From NCBI GenBank assembly GCA_044223005.1, contig JBGAML010000001.1:416001-480000 (forward strand): 64,000 bases of DNA, written 5' to 3'. The position numbers and the translations under genes were made by a program. Below are positions 56,661-64,000 of the stretch, piece by piece. Each line of letters opens with the position of its first letter. Positions within the stretch are counted from its first letter, which is position 1. Origin of the DNA: Candidatus Eiseniibacteriota bacterium. GTDB lineage: Bacteria > Eisenbacteria > RBG-16-71-46. The notes beneath the pieces were generated by a model. It worked only from the letters and a program-made list of their open reading frames with translations, was not told the DNA's origin and did no database searches.

Positions 56661-56719
56661 TCAGCGCGTCCGCGCGTCGCGCGACGATCGTCGCGGCGTC
56701 CGCGCCTCGGACGCGTGGA

Positions 56720-57010
56720 TTACTTGGCGATGACGCCGAGGATCTCGTCCTCGCGCAGGATCACGTACTCGGTGCCTTCGATCTTCACGTCGGTGCCGCT
56801 GTACTTGCCGATCAGCACGCGATCGCCCTTCTTGACGTCGATCTCCACGCGCTTGCCGTCCTCGTTCTTGCGGCCGGGGCCGACGGCGACGACTTCGCCC
56901 TCCTGCGGCTTCTCCTTGGCGGTATCGGGGATGATGATGCCGCCGCGGATCGTCTCCTGCTCCTCGATGCGGCGAACCAGGATCCGGTCGGCCAGAGGCT
57001 GAACGTTCAT
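56720..57010 (-). CDS. groS: Co-chaperonin GroES
   Basis: [38 protein letters not shown]. Confidence 0.98.
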   Translation of the reverse strand: MNVQPLADRILVRRIEEQETIRGGIIIPDTAKEKPQEGEVVAVGPGRKNEDGKRVEIDVKKGDRVLIGKYSGTDVKIEGTEYVILREDEILGVIAK

Positions 57011-57155
57011 TGCGGAACCTCCTCTTCGGGTCTTGCATGGGCCACCCGGCACGGGTCGCCTTCCGGCGCCCCGCCACCGCGGCGGGCTGTGATGAAATGA
57101 GACGTTGGTGCGCGGGCGCGCGCGGAGGACACCTTGCGCGGGGCCGACGTGACGC

Positions 57156-57185
57156 AGGATATCGGGCGATATTTGCGGGCTCAAG
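57156..57185 (-). promoter_or_regulatory. Putative groESL promoter (TTGAGC-N17-TATCCT; also CTTGAG-N13-CCCGATAT, sigma32-like)
   Basis: Minus strand CTTGAGCCCGCAAATATCGCCCGATATCCT, with an AT-rich tract just upstream. Confidence 0.55.
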
Positions 57186-57268
57186 TCGGGCAATTGAAAA
57201 TCCGATTACTGATTATTTGGCAATGGGATATGGGTTGATTTCGACCCCGGGCGGCGGGCTGTTTCCGG

Positions 57269-57295
57269 CCGCAATTGTCATAATGACAATCGCGG
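57269..57295. promoter_or_regulatory. Palindromic operator-like site upstream of groESL
   Basis: CCGCAATTGTCA-TAA-TGACAATCGCGG, 12-3-12 inverted repeat with one mismatch. Confidence 0.6.
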
Positions 57296-57429
57296 ACTGG
57301 CAGCGGATGGCGGGCGCCGCTGGCGCGCGGAGGCGCGGCGAGGACGCCGGGGCGCACGCGCGCGGACGCGGAGCGATGGCCCGCGCGCGAAGCCGGTGAA
57401 TGCACGTCGCGGACGCGAGGCCCGGCGCG

Positions 57430-58392
57430 CTACTTGTCGGCTTCGGGCTCCTCGAAGAGCGCCAGCGTGGGCTGCCCGTCGAGGTAGCCGTTGCTCATCG
57501 TGCCGCTCACGCGCAGGTGCTGCCGCTCGTGCGGCGTGCGCGAGCGCGTGAAGACGACGAGCGAGTCGCGGCCGTCGAACAGGTAGAAGGACCAGCCGCC
57601 TCCGACCTGGAAGACCTGCCCGACCTTGCCCTCGACGAGCACGCGCGCGCCGTCGAAGCGTTCGGGGTGCCGGCGGAGCCGGCCGATCGACGTCGGGCGC
57701 GGGCCGCGCGGCCACAGCGCCACCACGCACAGCGCCACGGTCACCACGCCGACCAGCACCTGCAGCCGGCGGTCCGTGCGCAGCGTGTGCACGATCGAGA
57801 CGTACCACGGCAGCGGGGCGTCCTCGATGTCGAACGCCTCGGGCGACACGACTTCGTGCGCGGGCACCTCGACCGGCGTGAACGTGTCGCTCGCCGCGGG
57901 CGGATGCGCGAGCAGCGCGGCGCGCTCGCGCGCACGCTCCTCGGCGTCGTCCATGGGGAAGTCCTCGAACGCGGACGGCTCCGCGGCCGCGCGCGGACGG
58001 TCGTTGCGCGGCAGCTCGGGCACGCTCTTGGTGCCCGGCTCCCACGTCATCGCGGGGCCGCGCACGAAGCCGCTGTCGTCGTTCGCGTCGTCCTGCACCG
58101 CTCCGATGCGCTTCGCCGGCGGCGGTGGCGCCGCCGCGGGCGGGCGCGAGCCGAGCTTCAGCGCTTCACCGGTTGCGCCGATCTCGTCGCCCGACGTCGT
58201 GAACGCGAGGCCGGAGTCCTGGACGCCGCCCTCGGGCGTCATGCGCAGGAGCTTCGGACGCTCGGCAGCCGCCGGCTTCGACTTGGAGCGGTCGAGTTCG
58301 GCGGCAAGCCCTTCCTCGGGGCCCACCAGCCAGTCGGCGGGTCCTTCGGTCGGGGTGCGTTCGGGTTCGGGATTCGGCTGTGCGCTGCTCAC
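57430..58392 (-). CDS. Membrane-anchored protein: disordered N-terminus, one TM, C-terminal OB-fold-like domain
   Basis: Acidic/Pro-rich N-terminus, TM LQVLVGVVTVALCVVALW, then FDGARVLVEGKVG...LRVSG. Confidence 0.7.
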   Translation of the reverse strand: MSSAQPNPEPERTPTEGPADWLVGPEEGLAAELDRSKSKPAAAERPKLLRMTPEGGVQDSGLAFTTSGDEIGATGEALKLGSRPPAAAPPPPAKRIGAVQDDANDDSGFVRGPAMTWEPGTKSVPELPRNDRPRAAAEPSAFEDFPMDDAEERARERAALLAHPPAASDTFTPVEVPAHEVVSPEAFDIEDAPLPWYVSIVHTLRTDRRLQVLVGVVTVALCVVALWPRGPRPTSIGRLRRHPERFDGARVLVEGKVGQVFQVGGGWSFYLFDGRDSLVVFTRSRTPHERQHLRVSGTMSNGYLDGQPTLALFEEPEADK

Positions 58393-58490
58393 GCGAAGCC
58401 TCCGTGCGGATGCTTGGGAACATGCGCGTTATCGGCCGGAGGCCCGGCCCGACTTGAGGCAACGGTTTCGGCCGCCCGGGACGGGCCCGT

Positions 58491-59870
58491 TCAGCGCCCC
58501 GCCCAGCGGTCGAGCTTGCGATAGAGCGTTCGCAGTCCGATGCCCAGCATGGCGGCCGCCCGGGGCTTGTCGCCGCCGGTGTGCCGCAGGGTCTCCTCCA
58601 CCAGCGCCCGCTCGGCCTCGTCCAGGGTCATGCCCACCGCGATCGCCGGCCCGGGCGCCCCGGCGTCCGGCTCGCGCATCGGCGCCGGCAGCGCCGACAC
58701 GTCGATCGGTCCGCGGCCGGGCGCGTGCAGCAGCAGCTGTTCGAGCGAGCGCTTGAGCTCGGCGACGTTGCCCGGCCACGCCTGCGCGACCAGCCGCTCC
58801 AGCGCGCCGCGCGTGATGCGCCGCGGCCGGCGGCCGTGCTCGCGCGCGAGGTCACGCAGCAGCCGCTCGACCAGCGCCGGCACGTCGGCGCGCCGTTCGC
58901 GCAGCGGCGGCAGCGCGATCCGCACCACGGCGAGCAGCCGGAACAGGTCCTCGCGGAAGCGGCCCTCGCGTACCGCGGCGGCGAGCTCGCGCGCGGTGGT
59001 CGCGACCACGCGCACGTCGGCGCGGCGCGAACGCGCGCCGCCCACGCGTTCGTACGCGCGCTCCTGCAGCAGGCGCAGCAGCAGCACCTGCGCGCGCGCC
59101 GGCAGCTCGTCGACCGCGTCGAGCACCAGCGTGCCGCCGTCGGCGCGCTCGAGCCGGCCGCGCCGGACGACGGCGCCGTCGTCACCCTCGACGCCGCAGA
59201 GCTCGGCTTCGAAGAGCTCGGCGGGCAGCCCGCCGCAGTCGAGCCGAACGAACGGGCCGTCCGCGCGTGTGCTCGCCGCGTGCAGCGCGCGCGCGACCAG
59301 GCCCTTGCCCGTGCCGGGCTCGCCCTCGATCAGCACGGTCGCGCGCGTCGGCGCGACCTGCGCGACCTGCTCGCGGGCGCGGCGCACCGCGTACGAGTCC
59401 CCGGTGAGCGGCTCGAGCCGCTCGCGGCGGTCGAGCGCGTCCTCCATCGCGGTGACGCGGGCGGCGAGCGCCTGGTGCTCGAGCCCGCGCTCGAGCGCCG
59501 CCACGATGCGCGCCGGGCTCGCGGCGCGCGGCTGCACGTCCCACGCGCCGGCACGCATCGCTTCGACGGCGAGCGCCATCTCGGGGCCGTCCGTCAGCAT
59601 CACCGCGACGGCGTCGGGCCGCCGCGCGCGCGTCGCGGCGAGCACCGCGAAGCCGTCGATGCGGCTCTCGCGCAGCGCCGACACCAGCGCGTCCACGCGC
59701 TCGCGCCCGGCGACGCCGATGGCGCTCTCGCCGTCGTGCGCCCACGCGACGGCGAAGCCGCGCTCGCGCAGCGCCGCCACCAGGCCGCGCGCGGCGTCCG
59801 TCTCGCGCTCGGCGACCAGCACGACCGCGGACCCGCCCGGGTCCGCGCCGCGGGTGCGCGGGGCGCTCAG
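58491..59870 (-). CDS. Degenerate NtrC-family sigma54 activator (pseudo-receiver, no GAFTGA); start uncertain
   Basis: VLIEGEPGTGKGLVA, ADGGTL, RVVATT, FREDLFRLL, LPPLRER, WPGNVAEL, Fis-type HTH LGIGLRTLYRKL. Confidence 0.85.
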   Translation of the reverse strand: MSAPRTRGADPGGSAVVLVAERETDAARGLVAALRERGFAVAWAHDGESAIGVAGRERVDALVSALRESRIDGFAVLAATRARRPDAVAVMLTDGPEMALAVEAMRAGAWDVQPRAASPARIVAALERGLEHQALAARVTAMEDALDRRERLEPLTGDSYAVRRAREQVAQVAPTRATVLIEGEPGTGKGLVARALHAASTRADGPFVRLDCGGLPAELFEAELCGVEGDDGAVVRRGRLERADGGTLVLDAVDELPARAQVLLLRLLQERAYERVGGARSRRADVRVVATTARELAAAVREGRFREDLFRLLAVVRIALPPLRERRADVPALVERLLRDLAREHGRRPRRITRGALERLVAQAWPGNVAELKRSLEQLLLHAPGRGPIDVSALPAPMREPDAGAPGPAIAVGMTLDEAERALVEETLRHTGGDKPRAAAMLGIGLRTLYRKLDRWAGR

Positions 59871-60343
59871 TCCCGGTCGAGCGCGGCGAGTGCCGCTTCG
59901 GGGTCCGGGATCGCGTCCATGCTGCCGCGATCCTCGCTGAGGTGCCGCCACCGGATGCGTCCCTGCTTGTCCACGAGGAACGACGCGCGCTGGCTGTAGT
60001 TCGATTCCGGGATCAGCACGCCGTAGGCCGTGCTCGCCTCGCGCTTCCAGTCCGAGAGCAGCGGGAAGCGCACGCCGAGCATGCGGGCGAAGGCGCCGGC
60101 CGACCAGTGGCTGTCGACGCTGACGCCGAGCACGACCGTCTCCGCCGCGTCGAACCGGTCCATCATCTTCTGCAGCTGCGGCAGCTGGTGCGAGCAGACG
60201 GGCGAGAACGCGAGCGGATAGAAGACGACGAGCACGTTCTTGTCGCCGAGGTACTCCGACAGGCTGTATTGCGTGCCGTCCCCTCCGCGCAGGCGGAAAT
60301 CCGGCGCCAGCTGGCCGACTTCGGGGATGGTCAGGGTCTGCAT
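59867..60343 (-). CDS. 1-Cys peroxiredoxin (AhpE-like)
   Basis: APDF, FYPLAFSPVC, GVSVDS, LLSD, RASFLVD. Confidence 0.9.
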   Translation of the reverse strand: MQTLTIPEVGQLAPDFRLRGGDGTQYSLSEYLGDKNVLVVFYPLAFSPVCSHQLPQLQKMMDRFDAAETVVLGVSVDSHWSAGAFARMLGVRFPLLSDWKREASTAYGVLIPESNYSQRASFLVDKQGRIRWRHLSEDRGSMDAIPDPEAALAALDRD

Positions 60344-60434
60344 GAGTCGGTTCTCCCGTCGCGGCGCCCGGGGGCGCGATCTCGTTACTACCGTGGCTAC
60401 GATTATCCGGCCCCGGCGCGCCCGGGGCAACGTC

Positions 60435-61031
60435 TCAGCGCCGGGCGGTGGCGCGCATCACGTCCTGGCTCACGGCCGCCAGTTCCGCCAGCGTTCGGAT
60501 GCCCTTCTCGGTTTCCCACCGCGCGGCGAGCAGCACGAACAGCCGGGCCGTGGTACGGGTGTCGCCGAGCGCGCGATGCGCGGTCTCGGCCGGCAGCTGC
60601 AGCCGCTGCGCCAGCGCGCCGAGCGCATTGCTGCCGGTGCCGAAGAGCCCGCGCGCGAGCCCGAGCGTGTCGATGATGGGGTTCAGCAGCGGCGGCGCCC
60701 CGGCGTCGCGGAACAGCGCCACCAGGAACGGCAGGTCGAACGGCGCGTTATGGAACACGAGTGGCAGGTCCGCGCACGCGGTGCGCAGCGCGCGGCCGAC
60801 GTCGGCGGCCGGCGGCGCGTCCTTCACCATCGCGTCGGTGATGCCGTGCACGCGCGACGCGTCGGGCGGGATCGGCCGGCCCGGCTGCAGCAGCGACGAC
60901 CACTCCTCGCCGAGCCCGCCGTTCACCACCGCGACGCGCGCCACCTCGACGAGCCGGTGCCCGTCCGTCGGGCTCATGCCGGTCGTCTCGGTGTCGACCG
61001 CGAGCGCGGTGATCCCCGCGAGCAGTGCCAT
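60435..61031 (-). CDS. DEDDh 3'-5' exonuclease (DNA pol III epsilon-like)
   Basis: VDTETTG, VHGITD, HNAPFD, IDTL, HRALGD. Confidence 0.9.
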   Translation of the reverse strand: MALLAGITALAVDTETTGMSPTDGHRLVEVARVAVVNGGLGEEWSSLLQPGRPIPPDASRVHGITDAMVKDAPPAADVGRALRTACADLPLVFHNAPFDLPFLVALFRDAGAPPLLNPIIDTLGLARGLFGTGSNALGALAQRLQLPAETAHRALGDTRTTARLFVLLAARWETEKGIRTLAELAAVSQDVMRATARR

Positions 61032-61034
61032 CGC

Positions 61035-61529
61035 TCAGCGCGCTCCCTTCGCCTGCTGCAGGTACTGCTCCCACGGCTCCTGTCGCGCCATGTGGCCGTC
61101 GCCGATGTAGCGCAGCAGGAGCAGGAACCGCTCGGGCTCGATGTAGCCCGGCACGTTCACGAGCCGCTCGCCGGTCGGCGAGAGAAAGACGGTGGTCGGG
61201 TAGCCGTCGACGCCGAACGTCGAGGCGAGCGTGCGCCCCGTGTACGCGCGGCCCAGCCACGACGCGGGCTCGCCGCCCTCGGCGTTGAGGCGCACGGTGA
61301 CGAAGTGCTCGCGCAGGTACGCGTCCACGTCCGCGCGGCGATACACCTCGGCGTCCATCTTCTTGCACCACCGGCACCAGTCCGTATAGACGTCGACCAG
61401 CACCGGGCGGCCGCTCGTCTTCGCCGCCTGCAGGCCGGCGTTCCAGGCCTGCCAGTTCGCGGCCGCGGCCGGCTGTGCCAGCGCGGCGGCGAGCAGCAGG
61501 GCGAGCGTCGTCGGGATCAGCGATCGCAT
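61035..61529 (-). CDS. Periplasmic thioredoxin-fold protein (SoxW-like)
   Basis: Signal peptide; VDVYTDWCRWCKKMD; GYPT cis-Pro motif. Confidence 0.88.
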   Translation of the reverse strand: MRSLIPTTLALLLAAALAQPAAAANWQAWNAGLQAAKTSGRPVLVDVYTDWCRWCKKMDAEVYRRADVDAYLREHFVTVRLNAEGGEPASWLGRAYTGRTLASTFGVDGYPTTVFLSPTGERLVNVPGYIEPERFLLLLRYIGDGHMARQEPWEQYLQQAKGAR

Positions 61530-61644
61530 GGGTTCCTCTCGAGTGTGGGGAGCTCGGCGTCCGTCACCCAGTGAGTGCCCGCAAAGGCTAGAAGGTTTCG
61601 GCCGCCCGCGCACGCCGGGGATGGTGGCAACTGTCCGGCGAGCG

Positions 61645-62481
61645 TCAAGCGTGCGCCGTGTGGCGCAGGGATTCGGCGATCCGGGCGGGGTCGAACCACA
61701 CGCCGCACAGCTTCGGGGAACCGAACTGGCCCGGGTTCACCACCACGGTCCGGCCGACGGCGTCCCGCCATGCTCCGGACACGCGCGGCGATTCGTGGAT
61801 GTGACCGCTCAGCACCAGCGGTGGCTGGTGGCGCTCCACGAACGCGCGAATGGCGCGCGAGCCGACGTGGTGCCCGCCAGCCATGACGTCGCACTTCGTG
61901 CCGCGGGGCGGCGAGTGCAGCACGAACAGCGTGTCGGCGGGCGCCGTGCGGCCGGCGAGCGACTCGAGCGCGGCCGCGATCGTCGGCGTGCGGTCGGCGG
62001 CGTCGAACGCGAACTCCCGCGGCCCCTCCGGGCCGCTCACCCAGCCCTGCAGGCGCATCGGCGATTCGTCCTCGCCGTCCTCCCAGCGCTCCCAGTCCTT
62101 GAGCGCAAACGGCGTGATCGGCACCCACGACAGCCCCGCGACGCGCACGCCGTCCACCTCGACGACGCGGTCGTGCAGCACGTGCCACAGCCCGCCGTCG
62201 TTCTGGTCGAGCACGTCGTGGTTCGCGCGCCAGTCGTCGTTGCCCATCAGCAGGAGCAGCCGCGTCGCGGGCGAGACCTCGCGCAGGCGACGCGCGAACT
62301 CCACCAGGAGCCCCTCGAGGAACAGCCGCTGGCGGCGCGGCCCGGCGTCCCCGGCCGCGTGCGGGCCGAGGTCGCCGCCCACGATCAGTGCGGGCGGCCG
62401 GCCGGTCGCGGCGAGCGCCAGCGCCTGCTCGTAGAAGTCGGCCTGCCCGTGCAGGTCGGATGTGAAGAGCCAGTCGGCCAC
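61645..62481 (-). CDS. Calcineurin-like metallophosphoesterase
   Basis: SDLHG, GGDL, GNDD, HSPP, GHIHE, NPG. Confidence 0.9.
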   Translation of the reverse strand: MADWLFTSDLHGQADFYEQALALAATGRPPALIVGGDLGPHAAGDAGPRRQRLFLEGLLVEFARRLREVSPATRLLLLMGNDDWRANHDVLDQNDGGLWHVLHDRVVEVDGVRVAGLSWVPITPFALKDWERWEDGEDESPMRLQGWVSGPEGPREFAFDAADRTPTIAAALESLAGRTAPADTLFVLHSPPRGTKCDVMAGGHHVGSRAIRAFVERHQPPLVLSGHIHESPRVSGAWRDAVGRTVVVNPGQFGSPKLCGVWFDPARIAESLRHTAHA

Positions 62482-62648
62482 GCGCGTCTCTCCGGGTGAT
62501 TCGAGAAAGCGTAGCGAGCGGGCCGCGTGGCGTCCACCACGACAGAAAGAGCTTGCTCGCGCGCGCGGGGCTCCGGATACTTTCCGGTCCGCCCGACCGC
62601 CGCGCGGACGCTGGTCATCTCCCTGTGAACTCCTCCCGAGCCCAATCC

Positions 62649-63875
62649 ATGATCCCGACCCGGTTCGTCCGCGCCCTCGTGGCGCTCGCGTTCGTCGCGC
62701 TTCCCGCCCTCGTCCACGCGGCGCCCGTCGCGCCCGCGGCGAAGAACCTGCTCGCGAATCCCGGCTTCGAAAAGGGGCTCGCGGGCCACGAGTGGATGCC
62801 CGCCGGCTGGGACACCTCGGACGCGGGCGTCTCGACGGTCTTCTTCGGGCGCGACACGCTGCTCGCGCACAGCGGCCACTACGGCGTGAACATCGCCAAC
62901 ACCAGCACCACGTACGCGATGGGCCACAACTGGTCGCAGTCGCTGCTGGTCGGGCGCGAGGCGTGGAACAAGACCGCGACGTTCACCGTGTGGACGCGCA
63001 GCGTCGGCCAGGACGGGCGCGCGTACCTCCTGCTGCAGGCGTACCGAGACACCATCTCGAAGATGTCGCGCATCTGGGCCGTCGATCGCGAAGAGGCGGC
63101 GCGGCGCCTCGGCATCGCGGCGGTCAACGATCCGCTCGCCGAACTGGGCTGGGATCGCGAACAGTGGATGGACAACCCGGACGGCTGGGTCAAGCGCGAG
63201 GCGAAGATCTTCGTACCGCCGAGCACCAACATGATCTTCGTGCGCGGCGGCCTCATGGGCACGGGCCAGGTCGCGTTCGACGACGCGTCGCTCACGCTGT
63301 CGCCGGCCATGCCGCCGGCACCGGCGCCGGCGAACCAGAACGTGCTCGTGGATCCGAGCTTCGAGGAGCGCGGGCTCGCGTGGGAGTGGGCGATCCCGCC
63401 GTTCCCCGGCACCGAGGTGGTGTGGGACTCGACCGTCGCGCACACGGGCCGCGGCAGCATGCGCGTCTCGGACCGCGGGCAGAGCCCCGTCGCGACGCGC
63501 GCGGGCGTGGCGCAGGTCATCCCCGGCTCGCGCATTCGCGGCAAGCACGTGAAGCTCTCGGGCTGGTTCAAGGGCGACAGCATCGCGGCCGAGTGCTACG
63601 TGAAGCTCTACTTCCAGACGCCCGGCGGCGTCATCCAGACGGCCGGTTCGCACTCCTACAGCGGCACGTTCGACTGGACGCAGACGGCGATCGACGCCGA
63701 CGCCCCGCCGGACACCGAGGAAGCGTGGGCGTGGATGATGTTCAGCGTGCCCGCGACCGGACGCGTGTGGATGGACGACGCGACGCTGGTCGTGACCGGG
63801 TCCGCGACGTCGGCGGCCGCGAAGCCGGCGGCGCCGAAGCGCAGCACCACGAAACCCGCATCCGGGCGTCGTTGA
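62649..63875 (+). CDS. Secreted protein with two tandem CBM4/9-like jelly-roll domains
   Basis: Signal peptide ending VHA; two repeats NLLANPGFE...W...AHSG...FDDASL and NVLVDPSFE...W...AHTG...MDDATL. Confidence 0.75.
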   Translation: MIPTRFVRALVALAFVALPALVHAAPVAPAAKNLLANPGFEKGLAGHEWMPAGWDTSDAGVSTVFFGRDTLLAHSGHYGVNIANTSTTYAMGHNWSQSLLVGREAWNKTATFTVWTRSVGQDGRAYLLLQAYRDTISKMSRIWAVDREEAARRLGIAAVNDPLAELGWDREQWMDNPDGWVKREAKIFVPPSTNMIFVRGGLMGTGQVAFDDASLTLSPAMPPAPAPANQNVLVDPSFEERGLAWEWAIPPFPGTEVVWDSTVAHTGRGSMRVSDRGQSPVATRAGVAQVIPGSRIRGKHVKLSGWFKGDSIAAECYVKLYFQTPGGVIQTAGSHSYSGTFDWTQTAIDADAPPDTEEAWAWMMFSVPATGRVWMDDATLVVTGSATSAAAKPAAPKRSTTKPASGRR

Positions 63876-63894
63876 ACGCTTTCGCGAACGGGGC

Positions 63895-63923
63895 TTGACG
63901 CTCGCATCGCGCCCGCACAGACT
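63895..63923 (+). promoter_or_regulatory. Putative sigma70 promoter TTGACG-N17-CAGACT for a transcript continuing past the window
   Basis: Near-consensus -35 with correct spacing in intergenic DNA. Confidence 0.5.
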
Positions 63924-64000
63924 CTGCTCTGCAGCTGGGCAGGGAAGCCTCCTTGGCAGGGAGTTCCCGAACCCGAGCCGAAGCGCCGTTCGCTGCACGG

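Noticed and set aside
57010..57300. CIRCE element or sigma54 -24/-12 promoter for groESL
   Set aside because: Neither TTAGCACTC-N9-GAGTGCTAA nor a properly spaced TGGCAC-N5-TTGC was found.
59867..60343. Selenocysteine in the peroxiredoxin
   Set aside because: The active site is an ordinary Cys codon (SPVC) and there is no in-frame TGA.
59867..62481. Metallophosphoesterase, thioredoxin, exonuclease and peroxiredoxin run as an anti-phage system
   Set aside because: All are common housekeeping-type families with typical codon usage and no defence hallmark domains.

Overview
A 64-kb segment of a very GC-rich diderm bacterial chromosome. Secreted proteins with FlgD/T9SS-like C-terminal domains, a DUF222-like HNH gene and a long GreA suggest an FCB-group lineage such as Candidatus Eisenbacteria (inference only). 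About 50 CDS were called. Core genes: nadE, long greA, rho, efp, argJ, deoD, groES/groEL. Accessory modules: an ECF sigma factor/Ser-Thr kinase pair with two large secreted repeat proteins; an ATPase-less metal-uptake operon led by a DUF2946-like CxxC/RAPP leader; an actP-yjcH-DEDDh exonuclease-DUF294 nucleotidyltransferase cluster; a Cys-rich bacteriocin-like precursor with a small membrane partner; a solo ClpX paralog; a degenerate sigma54 activator; and a serpin flanked by an exact 62-bp direct repeat. No rRNA, tRNA or CRISPR array was recognised. Most notable signals: (i) a riboswitch-like switchable leader upstream of a B3/4 tRNA-editing gene; (ii) a Rho whose OB-fold RNA-binding domain is replaced by an Arg/Gly/Gln-rich disordered region; (iii) a repeated candidate ECF promoter in the ECF-kinase locus; (iv) RAPP codons complementary to the downstream Shine-Dalgarno; (v) a possible writer/eraser nucleotidylation pair beside ActP. 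All calls are by eye; no searches were run.
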